From positions 58,404,001 to 58,468,000 of the forward strand of contig NC_043009.1 of the NCBI RefSeq assembly GCF_006345805.1: a DNA stretch of 64,000 bases, written 5' to 3'. Every line of letters begins with the position of its first letter. Positions within the stretch are counted from its first letter, which is position 1. The notes beneath the pieces were generated by a model that saw only the letters and a program-made list of their open reading frames with translations, searched no databases and was not told where the DNA came from. Positions 25,942 through 38,881 of the stretch are shown here, one piece after another. Made by a program: the position numbers and the translations under genes. The DNA comes from Octopus sinensis (lineage: Eukaryota).

Positions 25942-26586
25942 GTCCGCCTAGGTCGACTTTGCCTTTCATCCATTCGGGGTCGATAAATTAAGTACCAGTT
26001 GCATACTGGAGTCGATCTAATCGATTGGATCCCTCCCCAAATTGTCGGGCCTTGTGCCTAGAGTTGAAGAGAATGTATTTTAAAAGTCGAAAGTTGGCAG
26101 AATCGTTAGCACGCCGGGCGAAATGCTTTGTAGTATTTCCTCTGCCGTTACGTTCTGAGTTCAAATTCCGCCGAGGTCGACTTTGCCTTTCCTCCTTTCG
26201 GGGTCGATTAAATAAGTATCAGTTACGCACTGGGGTCGATATAATCGAGTTAATCAGTTTGTCAGTCCTTGTTTGTCCTCTATGTGTTTAGACCCTTGTA
26301 CGTAGTAAAGAAATAGGTATTCCGTCTGCCGTTACGTTCTGAGTTCAAATTCCGCCGAGGTCGACTTTGCCTTTCATCATTTCGGTATCGATTAAATAAG
26401 TACCAGTTACGCACTGTGGTCGATATAATCGACTTAATCCGTTTGTCTGTTCTTGTTTTTCCTCTCTGTGTTTAGCCCCTTGTGCTAGTAAAGAAATAGG
26501 TATTTCGTCTGCCGTGACTTCTGAGTTCAAATTCCGCCGAGGTCGACTTTGCATTTCCTCTTTTCGGGGTCGATTTAATAAGTACC
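25942..26586 (+). mobile_element. SINE family B cluster with a tandem array of about 184-bp units
   Basis: Units start at 26133, 26317 and 26500; the third is truncated. Confidence 0.85.
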
Positions 26587-26929
26587 CACTAATCGACCCC
26601 GTTACTTATTTTTCTTTTAAAACTTGATAGTTATTTTGTCGGACTCTTTTACCGAACAGTTATATTAGGGGGAGGGAAATACACTGACACCGCTTGTCAA
26701 AAGGATACAGAGACTTACAAATATATATATATTATATATATATATATACGCCGAGCTTCTTTCAGTTTCCATCTACCAAATTCACTCACAAGGGTTACGT
26801 CGGCCCGCGGCCATAATAAAAAGCATTTTCCCACGATAACAGACTGTGGGTCTGAAATCTAAACCATGTAGGTGGGAATCAAACCTCTAATCACAGAGCC
26901 ATATTTGGGTCTATCCCTATTTGTATTCA

Positions 26930-26933
26930 TGCC

Positions 26934-27027
<94 letters not shown>

Positions 27028-27031
27028 TTAT

Positions 27032-27087
<56 letters not shown>

Positions 27088-27128
27088 TTATCTATCAATT
27101 TATCTATCTATCCATCTATCTATCTATC

Positions 27129-27180
<52 letters not shown>

Positions 27181-27281
27181 CATATATCAGTCTGTCTGTC
27201 TGTTTGTCTATCTATCTATCCACCTATATATCTATCTATCTATCTATCTATCATCTATATCTATCTATCTATCTATCTATC

Positions 27282-27290
<9 letters not shown>
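26930..27290. repeat. (TATC)n microsatellite
   Basis: Direct reading. Confidence 0.95.
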
Positions 27291-27326
<36 letters not shown>

Positions 27327-27799
27327 ATACATAAATATATATATATATATATATATCTTTCTATATATCTATATATCCGTCTATATATCTGTGTGTGTGT
27401 GTGTATGAGTGGTGTTACGACAAGTGAGTCTATACGAATATAGGTGCACAAACGACTGCATTTCTGTATGAATTGCATTCGTGTCTATTTGTTTCATGTC
27501 TATTATCATACATATAATTTCCTAGGGTACATTCATATGTATGTGTTGCCACATATATGTGTGCATGTGTTATTGCACGGCGTTTTTAACAGTGGAAGTG
27601 GGCGTATTGTGGGCGCGCCTCTGCATGTGGTGTGTGTGTCTGTCTGCGTGTGATAGTATAAGTTTGTGTATGAATGCATGCTTATAAGGAAGTGTATGTG
27701 TGTGCGCGTGAGGGGGCGTGTCATACATCAGATTGCGTATATTAATTTACTAATAGCAACAGCAGTATCAGAAACAGTAGGGCATACAAACTGAACTAA

Positions 27800-27873
<74 letters not shown>

Positions 27874-28857
27874 CTGAGTTAGTAGTAGTTAGTAGAGGCG
27901 GTTTTTGGATTACAGCAAGTGTAGTAGTTTGCTTTTATGATTTTCGTCTCACGCGCTTCCAAAGTCAAATGGTCTAGTGGTTAAGACGATTGTACACGCG
28001 GTCGCATGATCGCAGTTTCGATTTCAGCGATGAGCGCAGGAAGTTCACTTCATTTCAGATTATTTTTGTCTTACTCATTTGAAAGGTACACTTGTCCAGC
28101 TATCGTCTGTGTGTTAAAACTCAAACGAGTATGAGTGCAATGGCGTGTTTCAGATTCTAATATAACTATGATTATTACAAAGGATATACGTAAAAATGAT
28201 GTGTAGGCTGTGGTTTCGAATATGATTCTGAATTTAAATGTGACAGTAAAAATGTAAACCTATATTAAACCTGTAATTGTAGATAGGGCTTGAATATGAG
28301 TGCTTAACTGTATGCGCAAATCTAGGTTTGAAAGAAAAGTTTGCATATCAAATTTTGAGAAAGTCTGGTGACGTTAGAATGGACGTAAGTTTGAGACCCT
28401 GCGCAGGTATTTGTATACATGTGGGTCTAAATTTCATCAAAATGTGGAGGAAACGGAAAATGCTTACCGATGTTGAAAGGAGTTTCACACGAAATGGTCA
28501 GGAAGTTAACCGATAGCTTGTGAATCTCGGAGCACAAATGCAGCGAACAGAGGAAAGAAGCTTGCAGAAGCATTCCGGTTGCGGTTTTAATTCTTGGTTG
28601 AATATCCAGGCAGGAATTAACCATTTTATGGGTTTAAAGAGTTGAGTGTATTTAAATGAGAGTGCAGTTATGGTTATAAATATCAGTGCCACCAGAGTCC
28701 TAAGATGGAGGTTGTAAGCTTCGAATTGATCGCGAATATAAACACAGGAAAACTTGTTTGAGTCAAAGAATGTGTTGTAACCTGTTGCTTCTATGTATAT
28801 ATATATATATATATATATATAAATTAATCAAAATAAAAACATGATGCCAAGGATTCA

Positions 28858-28935
28858 GCGATACATATGTTTCGGGCCTTTATTAGACGGATTTATAACA
28901 ATGCATAATGTGTATCTATGGCCTTCTTCAGCCGC
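28858..28935 (-). ncRNA. Type-I hammerhead ribozyme motif with long loop II
   Basis: Minus strand: gcgg-CTGAAGA-A-GGCC-(41 nt)-GGCC-C-GAAA-CATATG-TA-tcgc; GUA cleavage triplet. Confidence 0.7.
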
Positions 28936-29605
28936 GCACAATTACTACCTCAAGGACATGTGTTACATCAAAAATTCTACGTTGGGGATGCAAATCCTCT
29001 CAGTCGCGCACGACATAATGCGGTACCAGCACAAAAATGAAGCGTCCATCTCGTCCTTCTCTCAATATATATATATGTTTGTGTGTGTTTTATTATGTGT
29101 GATATTTGAGCATAGTTTCGAATGCAGTGAGTATGAAGTACTTATGCGTCATTGCGTGTTTGTGTAAAACTTTGATACAATGAATGAAAATACGATATGT
29201 GAGCAAGACGTCTTAAGCGTAGGCATCTGCAACATTTTATACATACATTGTGATATTTGAATAATTTACTGAGAGTAGTCCTGGGTATTTTACAGAGGGA
29301 ATATCAGTGGCGAATTAAATGACAGTGAAAGTATATATATAAATACGGAATGGATGGATGTATCTACGAGTAGGCAAGTTACATACCGCAGGAGTCAGAG
29401 ATTGTGTAGCTGGGATTTGATCTAGTGATTTACACTGCATAGTTATATTGTTGTGAATATTTATTATACGTAGCTATGGAAGTATACATTAGTGTGTACG
29501 GAGTTCAGTGTCCATCTGAGTAAGAAATATAGTCAAATGGGAGAGTTACAAAGGAAAGTGTCCGAGAAGGTTTATCTATCTATCTTATCTATCTATCTAT
29601 CTATC

Positions 29606-29665
<60 letters not shown>

Positions 29666-29820
29666 ATATCTATCTATCTACCTATCTATCTATCTCAGCC
29701 CTGTGTGGCTAATAAAGAAACATATCTATTGATATATCTATCAATCTGTCTGTCTATCTGTATATATATTTATCTATTGATCTATCGATCGATCTACGTA
29801 TATATCTATCTGTCTATCTG

Positions 29821-29880
<60 letters not shown>

Positions 29881-30657
29881 CCTACCTATCTTACCATTCT
29901 CACATAGACTCCCTCTCCCAGCATCAGTATATATACGCAGCTATAAAGATACACATAAATTCACACGAGCGCGTGATTGTTTTTCCCCCTCCTCAAAGAT
30001 ATATATTTATGTATGCAGCCATTTTAGGTAAGTTAGTATGTATTTTGATATATATACATATGCACACACACATACACATACATACATAATATGTATGTGT
30101 ATCTATGAACTCCCTCCAACTCCCATTTACCCACCATATATTGCACTAACTCTCACCTCTCCTACTCTATAATCAGTCAAAAGCTATCGCAGCAATTTTT
30201 CATCACAATGAATCATTCTCGCTCTCACACCACGCCTCCCCACTCCAACACCTAACTCCCTATTTACCTCTCCAGCTTTCACCCACACCTTCTATCAACG
30301 CTCACTATCTCTCTCACACACTCAGAAAATTGTCCCTCATACATATTCCATATAATTATTCATAGTGTTATCAGGGGTTATGTAAAAGAAAAACAAATTG
30401 TTGGTGTTGGAAGAGTGGAGGCATTAACAAAATATATCGCATATATCCATCAACTATGGCACAGCAGTTCCTTCTTAAATTAATTTTCAGGTGTATGCAG
30501 ACACACACATACACACACACACACAGGCACATAATCAGACACACACACACATCCACACACACACACACACACATACACACACACACACACACACAAAGGC
30601 ACATAAGCAGACACACAATCGTAAGCACACAAAAATTATGTGTATATATTTATATTA

Positions 30658-30700
<43 letters not shown>

Positions 30701-30716
30701 CACATATATTGTATAC

Positions 30717-30769
<53 letters not shown>

Positions 30770-30798
30770 ATATATTATATAGAACATGTATTGTATAC

Positions 30799-30856
<58 letters not shown>

Positions 30857-30869
30857 TATATATATATAT

Positions 30870-31070
30870 GTTGATTCGTTAGCTACTGCACGCATTTTTT
30901 TTCTCTCCTTCTTTCTGTGTTTTCTCTATCTGTGATCTTCTGTTGAGAGCGTAGCTCGAAACGTTAAAGACTTGTTTTATTTATATTTCCTGAGCGCCAT
31001 ACTATACAATTGTTCGTTTGTTTTCCACCTGCCTTCGTCTTTTGTTTATTTTCATAAAGCTTCCCGTTAT
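30870..31070 (+). mobile_element. Penelope-like terminal fragment F1 with variant hammerhead at 30936-30970
   Basis: tctt-CTGTTGA-GAGC-gta-GCTC-GAAA-CG-TT-aaaga; within (TA)n. Confidence 0.65.
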
Positions 31071-31099
31071 ATATATATATATAATATATATATATATAT

Positions 31100-31198
31100 A
31101 GTTAATCCAAACATGAAAACAAAAGAAAACACACCAACGCGTGGACGTGGAACAAGTATAGTGTTATTGGACGCTCAGGAAAGGAAAGAAATGAGGGG

Positions 31199-31200
<2 letters not shown>
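31100..31200 (-). mobile_element. F2 terminal fragment without the ribozyme
   Basis: Matches 16965-17063. Confidence 0.7.
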
Positions 31201-31282
<82 letters not shown>

Positions 31283-31344
31283 ATATATATATTATATATA
31301 TTTCATATATATATATTATATTATATTATATTATATTATATTAT

Positions 31345-32054
31345 ATATATCAAATAAAATGAGACAACAAAGCCGAACGCTATGTGGAATTTTTCGGACA
31401 TGTATAAAGATGAAATTAGCCTTACAGCTGTTTCTAGGATATTAGGGATATCCCTTCAGCAGAAACGAAGAGAGATGGTTAAATAGAGGGACATATTATA
31501 ATTCAATATAAAGAATTATTTAGGAAAAGGATGGAAATGGGGAATATAGGGGGGAAATAGGAGAATGAATGTAAAAATAAAAGTAAAAACAAGAATATAT
31601 AAAGATGTCATAGGTGCATTTCCATTATACAAGGAAAGTGATATCGATAATGGAACTGTAATTATATAGTATCTTTATACGTTGTATTCTTATTTTCTTC
31701 TACATTCATTCTCTTATTTCCCTACATACTCCTATTTCCTTCCCTTTCTAAAATAACTCCTTATATTGAACTCGAATATTTCCCTCTATTTAAAACTCTT
31801 TCATCGTCTCTCATGAAGGGATATGGCTAATATCCCAGAAACAGTTGTAAGACAAACTTTCTCTTTGTAAAAGTCCTGAAAATTCCACACAGCCTTGGTT
31901 TTGTTGTCTCAGATTATTTAACATATATTTGCTCATAAAAGACCCACGTTAGACTTGTATTATTATCGAACCGAGAGTTTAACTACGGTCCTTACATAGT
32001 TTTTACATACCGCTATCTGCTACCTTGGTCTTCTGGATACCAAACCCTCTCTCA

Positions 32055-32055
<1 letters not shown>
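31345..32055 (+). mobile_element. Fold-back Penelope-like end with a hammerhead in each arm (31419-31467 minus; 31806-31853 plus)
   Basis: Diverged inverted arms at about 31345-31607 and 31670-31928. Right: gtct-CTCATGA-A-GGGATAT-ggcta-ATATCCC-A-GAAA-CAGTTG-TA-agac. Left: CTGCTGA...GAAA-CAGCTG-TA. The consensus core is CTGATGA. Confidence 0.7.
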
Positions 32056-32100
<45 letters not shown>

Positions 32101-32110
<10 letters not shown>

Positions 32111-32490
32111 AAATTAGAGACAAAACCACTATTATGCAAATCAAACAAAGAAAGACTTAAGCCAATACCTAAATTAAAATAATTTATATAAATTAAAATT
32201 TAACAAATGAATAACCACTTCATAGTTTATAACTCGCTAAGAAGGTTTAGAAACCACCTGAAGAATGTCTGAGATGTGCTGACACGAAACGATCGTAGTG
32301 GTTATTCATTTGTTAATTTTAATTTATATAAATTATTTTATATTTTGTATTGGCTTAAGTCTTTCTTTGTTTGATTTGCATAATAGTGAATTTGTCTCTA
32401 ATTTATTATAATATATATTTTATTATAAAATTGGATTCAATCTTAAATCTGATTTTCCTTGTAAATTTGGATTTATCCCTATATTTATTA
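32101..32490 (+). mobile_element. Fold-back Penelope-like end
   Basis: Inverted arms 32101-32219 and 32297-32414, followed by a tail shared with 7331-7415; preceded by (TA)n. Confidence 0.8.
32252..32303 (+). ncRNA. Type-I hammerhead ribozyme motif
   Basis: AACCAC-CTGAAGA-A-TGTC-tgagatgtgct-GACA-C-GAAA-CGATCG-TA-GTGGTT; 6-bp stem I, palindromic stem III, GUA triplet. Confidence 0.8.
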
Positions 32491-32932
32491 TTATTATTAT
32501 ATTATATAATAATATAATATATGAATAAATGAAAGAAGGGAACGAACGAAGATTTTAACAAAATTCCATTACTCTCTCAACACATTACCACACAAGACCA
32601 CGGGTTTCTGTCCTTGACATGTAGCTTCAACAGTGTTTTCTGACGTGAATTTGCTACCTAGGTATCGATTAACCGAATTATTAATATTGATAATTCATTC
32701 GCCTACTTCAATATATATATATATATATATATATATAGGTATATATATATATATATGTGCGTGTGTATATATACATAATACATATATATATATACATACA
32801 TATATTATATATATATATTATATATATATATATATATATAATATATATATATATATGTAGCACTTGGTATAATTATAAACAGGGCAATTTTAATCATTTC
32901 TCCACAGACTGAAAAGCTATAACGATGAACAA

Positions 32933-32973
32933 CCTTAGTCGATTTTCGAACCTTATTGGGTTCTCATCAGAGG
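32933..32973 (-). ncRNA. Type-I hammerhead ribozyme motif with canonical core
   Basis: Minus strand: cct-CTGATGA-GAACC-caataa-GGTTC-GAAA-ATCGAC-TA-agg. Confidence 0.75.
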
Positions 32974-33099
32974 CGTCTACATCTTTCTGACGGTTTCCCC
33001 GAAACGTTATGGGCCAAACTGTTTATATACTCAACAAATGCAGTAGTTACTCTATGAAGGAGTCTCTAATTTGCATACCGAAAGTGTTTCATATATATA

Positions 33100-33482
33100 G
33101 GCGCAGGAGTGGCTGTGAGGTAAGTAGCTTGTTTACCAACCACATGGGTCCGGGTTCAGTCCCACTGCGTGGCACCTTGGGCGAGTGTCTTCTACTATAG
33201 CCTCGTGCCGACCAAAGCCTTGTGAGTGGATTTGGTAGGCGGAAACTGAAACATATGTGTGTATGTGTGTGTGTTTGTGTGTCTGTGTTTGTCCCCCTAG
33301 CATTGCTTGACAACCGATGTTGGTGTGTTTATATCCCCGTTACTTAGCGGTTCGGCAAAAGAGACCGATAGAATAAGTACTGGGCTTACAAAGAATAAGT
33401 CCCAGGGTTGAGTTGCTCGATTAAAGGCAGTGCACCAGCATGGCCGCAGTCAAATGACTGAAACAGTAAAAGAGTAAAAGAG

Positions 33483-33483
<1 letters not shown>
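33100..33483 (+). mobile_element. SINE family A, full length
   Basis: High similarity to 3933-4344. Confidence 0.85.
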
Positions 33484-33515
<32 letters not shown>

Positions 33516-33644
33516 TATATATATTATATAATATAATATATATATGCATGCCCACATATACATGCATATATACGTATATATGTGTATATCTTTGTGGGTG
33601 TGTTTGTGTGCTTGTGTATGTATTATATATTGTTTGTTTCTTCT

Positions 33645-34250
33645 CAAGCCACACCTGGCTCATAAGAGCCGGTTTCCCGGTTTCCTAGATTCCCCACCTG
33701 GACGGGACGCCGGTCCGTTGCAGGGGAGCTGCTAGATGCAGGAGGGAAGTGTGAGAGAAAGTTGTGGCGAAAGAATCAGCAGAAGTTCGCCATTACCTTC
33801 TGCCGTAGCCGCGTGGAGCTTAGGTGTTTCGCTCATATACACGCACATCGCTCGGTCTGAGATTCGAACCCGCGATCCAGCTAGCGCGAGTCCGCTGCTC
33901 TAACCACTAAGCCATGTACCTCCACATGTATTATATATCACTGTGATCACCTTTCACCGTGACCTACCAGGCTATCAGATGTTGTTACACATCGCTGGTC
34001 ACAATGCGCTTCGCATTGTTTTAGCCTCCAAATGACGCCACCCCGCTGGCTAAGCGAGCAGGCAAACAGAAGAAAGAGTGAGAGAAAGTTGTGGCGGAAG
34101 TATACAGCAGGGGTCACCACCACCCCCTGCCGGAGCCTCATGGAGCTTTAGGTGTTTTCGCTCAATAAACACTCACAACGCCGGGCTGGGAATCGAAACC
34201 GCGATCCTACGCGAGTCCGCTGCCCTAACCACTAGGCCATTGCGCCTCCA
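33645..34250 (-). mobile_element. Two adjacent SINE family C variants (about 33645-33924 and 33940-34250)
   Basis: Shared tRNA-like head with different 3' tails. Confidence 0.8.
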
Positions 34251-34744
34251 CGTATTATATATAGATAAATATATTTGCATACATACACCATCACACACAT
34301 ATTTACATAGATTATGTTTGTTCGCGTTCTGCAGCTTCGTGCTCAATACTCACCTGTATCAGATGCGTCAGATGTTCATGTAGGAATTTACATATATCAG
34401 TTGTTACTTATCTATGTACACTCTTTGGCTGCTATCTTTGAGACAATATTACTAACTCTCAGAGGAATTTACCAGATTTTGTTGGGAAATGGAGATGTAA
34501 CTCAGCGATAATGAACGAAAACAGAAATCCGAAAACTTTAGAAAAAAGAGACAAGAATCAAGAGAACTTATGAAGAATGAGTGAAAGTTGCAGTTGAGTA
34601 GTAATTGTATATGAGTGTTAGTGTGAGGCACAAATACGCTCTCTGTCACGTGAAATTTACTTTCTTCGTTACTGTTTCATAACTTTCTCTCACAAATTTC
34701 TCTCAAACACCAAACACTGATCTTTCATAATATGTGTGTGCATA

Positions 34745-35005
34745 AAGATATATGCATATAAAATTTAAAGGACTGACCACTAAAAGTGGACAGTCAATAT
34801 GCTAGATATAGACGTGAAAATCGCTATTTTCCACCAAGAATGTGTTCTCAAATAGCGATTTTGTGTCTATATCTAGCATATTGACTGTCCACTTTTAGTG
34901 GTCAGTCCTTTAAATTTTATATGCATATATCTTCGGATATTTTTAATATGCAAGGCCACTGGTTCTAATTGATTAATATCAATTTCTACCCTTATTTAAT
35001 TTTAG
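34745..35005 (+). mobile_element. Fold-back element: inverted arms of about 85 bp, 20-nt spacer, tail of about 70 nt
   Basis: 34745-34829 versus 34850-34933 form a near-perfect inverted repeat; the tail recurs at 2463-2540. Confidence 0.8.
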
Positions 35006-35135
35006 ATATATGCATATATGTATATATGTATGTATGTATGTATGTATGTTTATATGTGTGTGTGTGTGTGTGTGTTTGTGTGTATGCTTTAAGCGAACGA
35101 TAACGCTCTTATATATACATTTATATATATATTCA

Positions 35136-35455
35136 TATCACGTGATCACGTGACCGACCAAGTCATCAGATGTTGCTACACATCGCCAGTCACAATGCGC
35201 TTCGCATTGTTTTAGCCTTCAAATGACGCCACCCCGATGGCTCAGCGAGCAGGCCAACAGAAGAAAGAGTGAGAGAAAGCTGTGGCGAAAGAATACAGCA
35301 GGGATCACCACCACCCCTTTTGCCGGAGCCTCGTGGGGATTTAGGTGTTTTCGCTCTATAAACACTCACAACGCCCGGTGTGGGAATCGAAAACGCGATC
35401 CTACGACCTACGACCGCATGTCCGCTGTCCTAACCACTGGGCCATTGCGCCTCCA
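35136..35455 (-). mobile_element. SINE family C, same tail as the 33940 copy
   Basis: Direct similarity to 33940-34250. Confidence 0.85.
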
Positions 35456-36428
35456 CACCCCCACACCCACAGACACACATATATGTACATATAATATATA
35501 ATATATATATATATATAATATATATATATATAAGTGTTTAATATGATCTAAATTAATTAACTAATTATGCATTTTAATATCATAATTACTAAACGATTTT
35601 ATGGCTGGTTGTATCTATTCGTTAAATTTCAACCGTGGAAACAGCTGTAGACCTTCAGAAAGAAATTATGAAATAACAATGAAATCATTGCTTTCATGTT
35701 TCTTTTATTTTTAAAACTAATTGCCTCTTTTAGCCTAATTATCCCGATGGAGCTTCAGTCACATTAATGTGACATACTACGCATGTCACCTTCGTACGAC
35801 TTGTATCTATATACATATATACGTATAGACGTGTAACAGAAACCAGTAGAGTCTGTTGTGGTTTGATCCAGGTGAAATGCGCTTAATCTAAAAGGACACA
35901 CAATCTAAAATCCACATGTTATAAAATTGATATGCATACATAACAGAGAGACAGAAATCACACGCACATAATTGTATGATTTATTGTATTTGCAAGGATG
36001 AAAATGCACAGATAGATAGTATATGCGAACAATCACACTAAAGATTGACGATTATAGTAGTTTAACATAGATATGCTCAAGTGCCTACGCAGTTGAAAGT
36101 CAAAAAGTACTCCCAGAACTCCAGGCGTTTGACTTCTCAGAATACCTTTCATTTTTCAGCTGCAGGGTAACATGTCACTGTCAGCACTCGGCTGGTTCCT
36201 TGCGATTAATTGTTGAAAGACAAATCCCCATGTTTGCTTCAGGAATCGAACTAGAGTCCTTCAGATTGTAAACCATATACCTTCATAATGCACGATGCGC
36301 CTCACTCTTCTTCATCCTTTCACTCTCTCGTTCGCTATCTACGTTTGTATATATGTGTCTGTATATATATATATATATATATCTATAATATATATATATA
36401 TCTATATATATAATATATATATATATAT

Positions 36429-36471
<43 letters not shown>

Positions 36472-36593
36472 TATATAGATAGATAGATAGATAATATATA
36501 CATACATACTACATACATACATTTATACATAATTATAGAACATAGATTAGATAGTTTGGTAGATAGGCAAAGACAGATCGATATATATATATA

Positions 36594-36662
<69 letters not shown>

Positions 36663-37048
36663 ACAATGGACATACGTAGACCCCAAGTTTCCGGAATGTG
36701 ATTCTTTATAATTGTAAGAATTATTAACCCATCGAAATCATTTGATGAATGATTTTAACGTCGCCGTTCATATTTAAATTCGAGTCAAAACTGCATTGAT
36801 CATCAAGAGCAGTAATTAAAATAGCTTAATTTATTCACGAATTATATTACAACTAAAAAAAAAAATAACGAAGCTATCGTTGTTTTCACATAAATTTACA
36901 TTGTATTAATTAGAATGCTGTAAACATAAAGATTTAGTTATCAATATTACGTTATTTAAGAAATTCTGTAACGGAATCTGTCGAAAGTTTTTGGATGATC
37001 TATATGAATATGTACACACGCACGCGAGCACGCACACACATACACACA

Positions 37049-37568
37049 TCTATTATATAAAATAAGCTCTGTCTGTGTGTGTGTGTGTGTGTGTCGTATA
37101 GGATCTCGGGCATCCTCCATCCGATTGCGCTTAAATTTGATATGTAGAAACCGACGGTCTCAGGGCTTGTATAAGTCTTGAAAAAATTACAAAAATCGAT
37201 TTCAGGTGAGAGTGCAATTGATAAAGCCGTGGGAACGTGCATTTGTACGCGTACGCGAAAAGAATGCACGTGCAGTTGGCGCAAAAAAGCCGACTGGCTT
37301 GAAATAATTCCACAAAATGCAGTATATTTAAGAGACCCAAAATGTAAGATGCAAAAGGAATATTTTCTTCAAACGTGGCATGAAGGAAGGAAAGACTATT
37401 TCGTTTCTCAAGAAGTTTTTTCTTTGCCTTGATTTTGTTTAACAAAACTAAAAATTTGATTGAAATAAAGGCATGCTTAATTATTTTTAATGTAAAGAAA
37501 ACACTGATTGCTTTTTATTCAGCAGATATGATTCAACACTGTCTATTGGATGGGGGGCGTTTTGCTCG
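37049..37568 (+). mobile_element. Probable non-autonomous Helitron with degraded 3' end
   Basis: Starts A|TCTATTATATAAAA followed by CTGT/GT repeats, like the 5' end of the 43855-44371 element; possible 3' end GCTCG|T in place of CTAG. Confidence 0.5.
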
Positions 37569-37571
37569 TGT

Positions 37572-37605
<34 letters not shown>

Positions 37606-37772
37606 GCAGCATTTCAACCGTCTTTACGTACTGAGTTCAAATTCCTCCGGGGCCAAACTTCGCCTTTCATCCTATCGGGGGCAATAAATTAAGTACCAGT
37701 GAATCACTGGAGTCAACGCATTCCACTCGTCCCCTCCTCCAAAATTCCAGGCCTTTTGACTTTAGTAGAAAA

Positions 37773-37800
<28 letters not shown>

Positions 37801-37803
<3 letters not shown>

Positions 37804-38686
37804 TAGTTTTATTTTATAGAGTGCTTTCACATCACTACTTTTATTGTTTACTTCGCTTTTGTTGGAAACGTTACGTCTGTCTTCGTGTTTTACTATCTCA
37901 GTGCTAGTACTATCTGGCATTGCTGTGTGGCTCCTATCTACATTTTCCTGATGTATATTTCCTTTTACATGGTCTATTTCTATCTCTGATATATTTGTTT
38001 TTGTTTTGAGAATATATCTTCGTATTTTAGCTACTTTGTTAGGGTTCATTGCTGTATCCAAATCTTTATTTAGGTTATTTTTCTTTCAGATTTCATATGG
38101 ATATGTTGTGTTTTCGTTCTTTGGGTAGAGCACTGCTGTAAAATAAGCGTGTAGGATTGAGATATATTCCTCACGTGTCCATTTATGCCTTTTTGGTTTT
38201 ATTTGCGGGACATGAAAAACAGCGTCCGGCCCTTTATTTTGACGGTCATCATTTTTGTAGAGTGGCGGTCCGTTCATCTCTGTTGTTAGGTAGTTTTGCA
38301 CGAGGATATTTTCGTACTTCTGTGTAACAAGTTTAAAGTACGCACTTCACGATTGTTATTCTTAGGTTGAATAATCCCGGTATTATTTAATTTATTTGTA
38401 ATTATTTTTACATGGTGTTTGGGGCCGGAGATCGTCTTGTGTTGATGGATCGTAATGTATCGAACGTGTTTACATGTGCTGTGCGAGTAGTTGATATGAT
38501 ATCCAGTTAAAATACATCATTTCATTTGGAAAATAGAAATACATATCAATGAGTGTTACTTGGATATACTCCAACGCTTTGTCAGCTACTTTTAGCTCCA
38601 TGCGATGACTTTATTTCCGATGTCTTTAGATAAATTTCGGAGCAGTGTTTTATCGCTCTCACATGTTAAACGTCCCCGGTGTCTTC
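37801..38686 (-). mobile_element. Internally deleted R4/Dong-type element (5' region joined to the last 38 nt)
   Basis: 37801-37838 matches the 3' terminus at 38901-38936. The rest encodes RHKWTREEYISILHAYF, an N-terminal-type motif. (TAA)n lies on both sides. Confidence 0.65.
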
Positions 38687-38743
<57 letters not shown>

Positions 38744-38757
38744 CATCATCATCATCG

Positions 38758-38811
<54 letters not shown>

Positions 38812-38818
38812 CCATCAC

Positions 38819-38881
<63 letters not shown>

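Noticed and set aside
35600-35655. GGTTG/CAACC stem followed by GAAACAGCTGTA
   Set aside because: Only the 3' half of a hammerhead is present; there is no CUGANGA.
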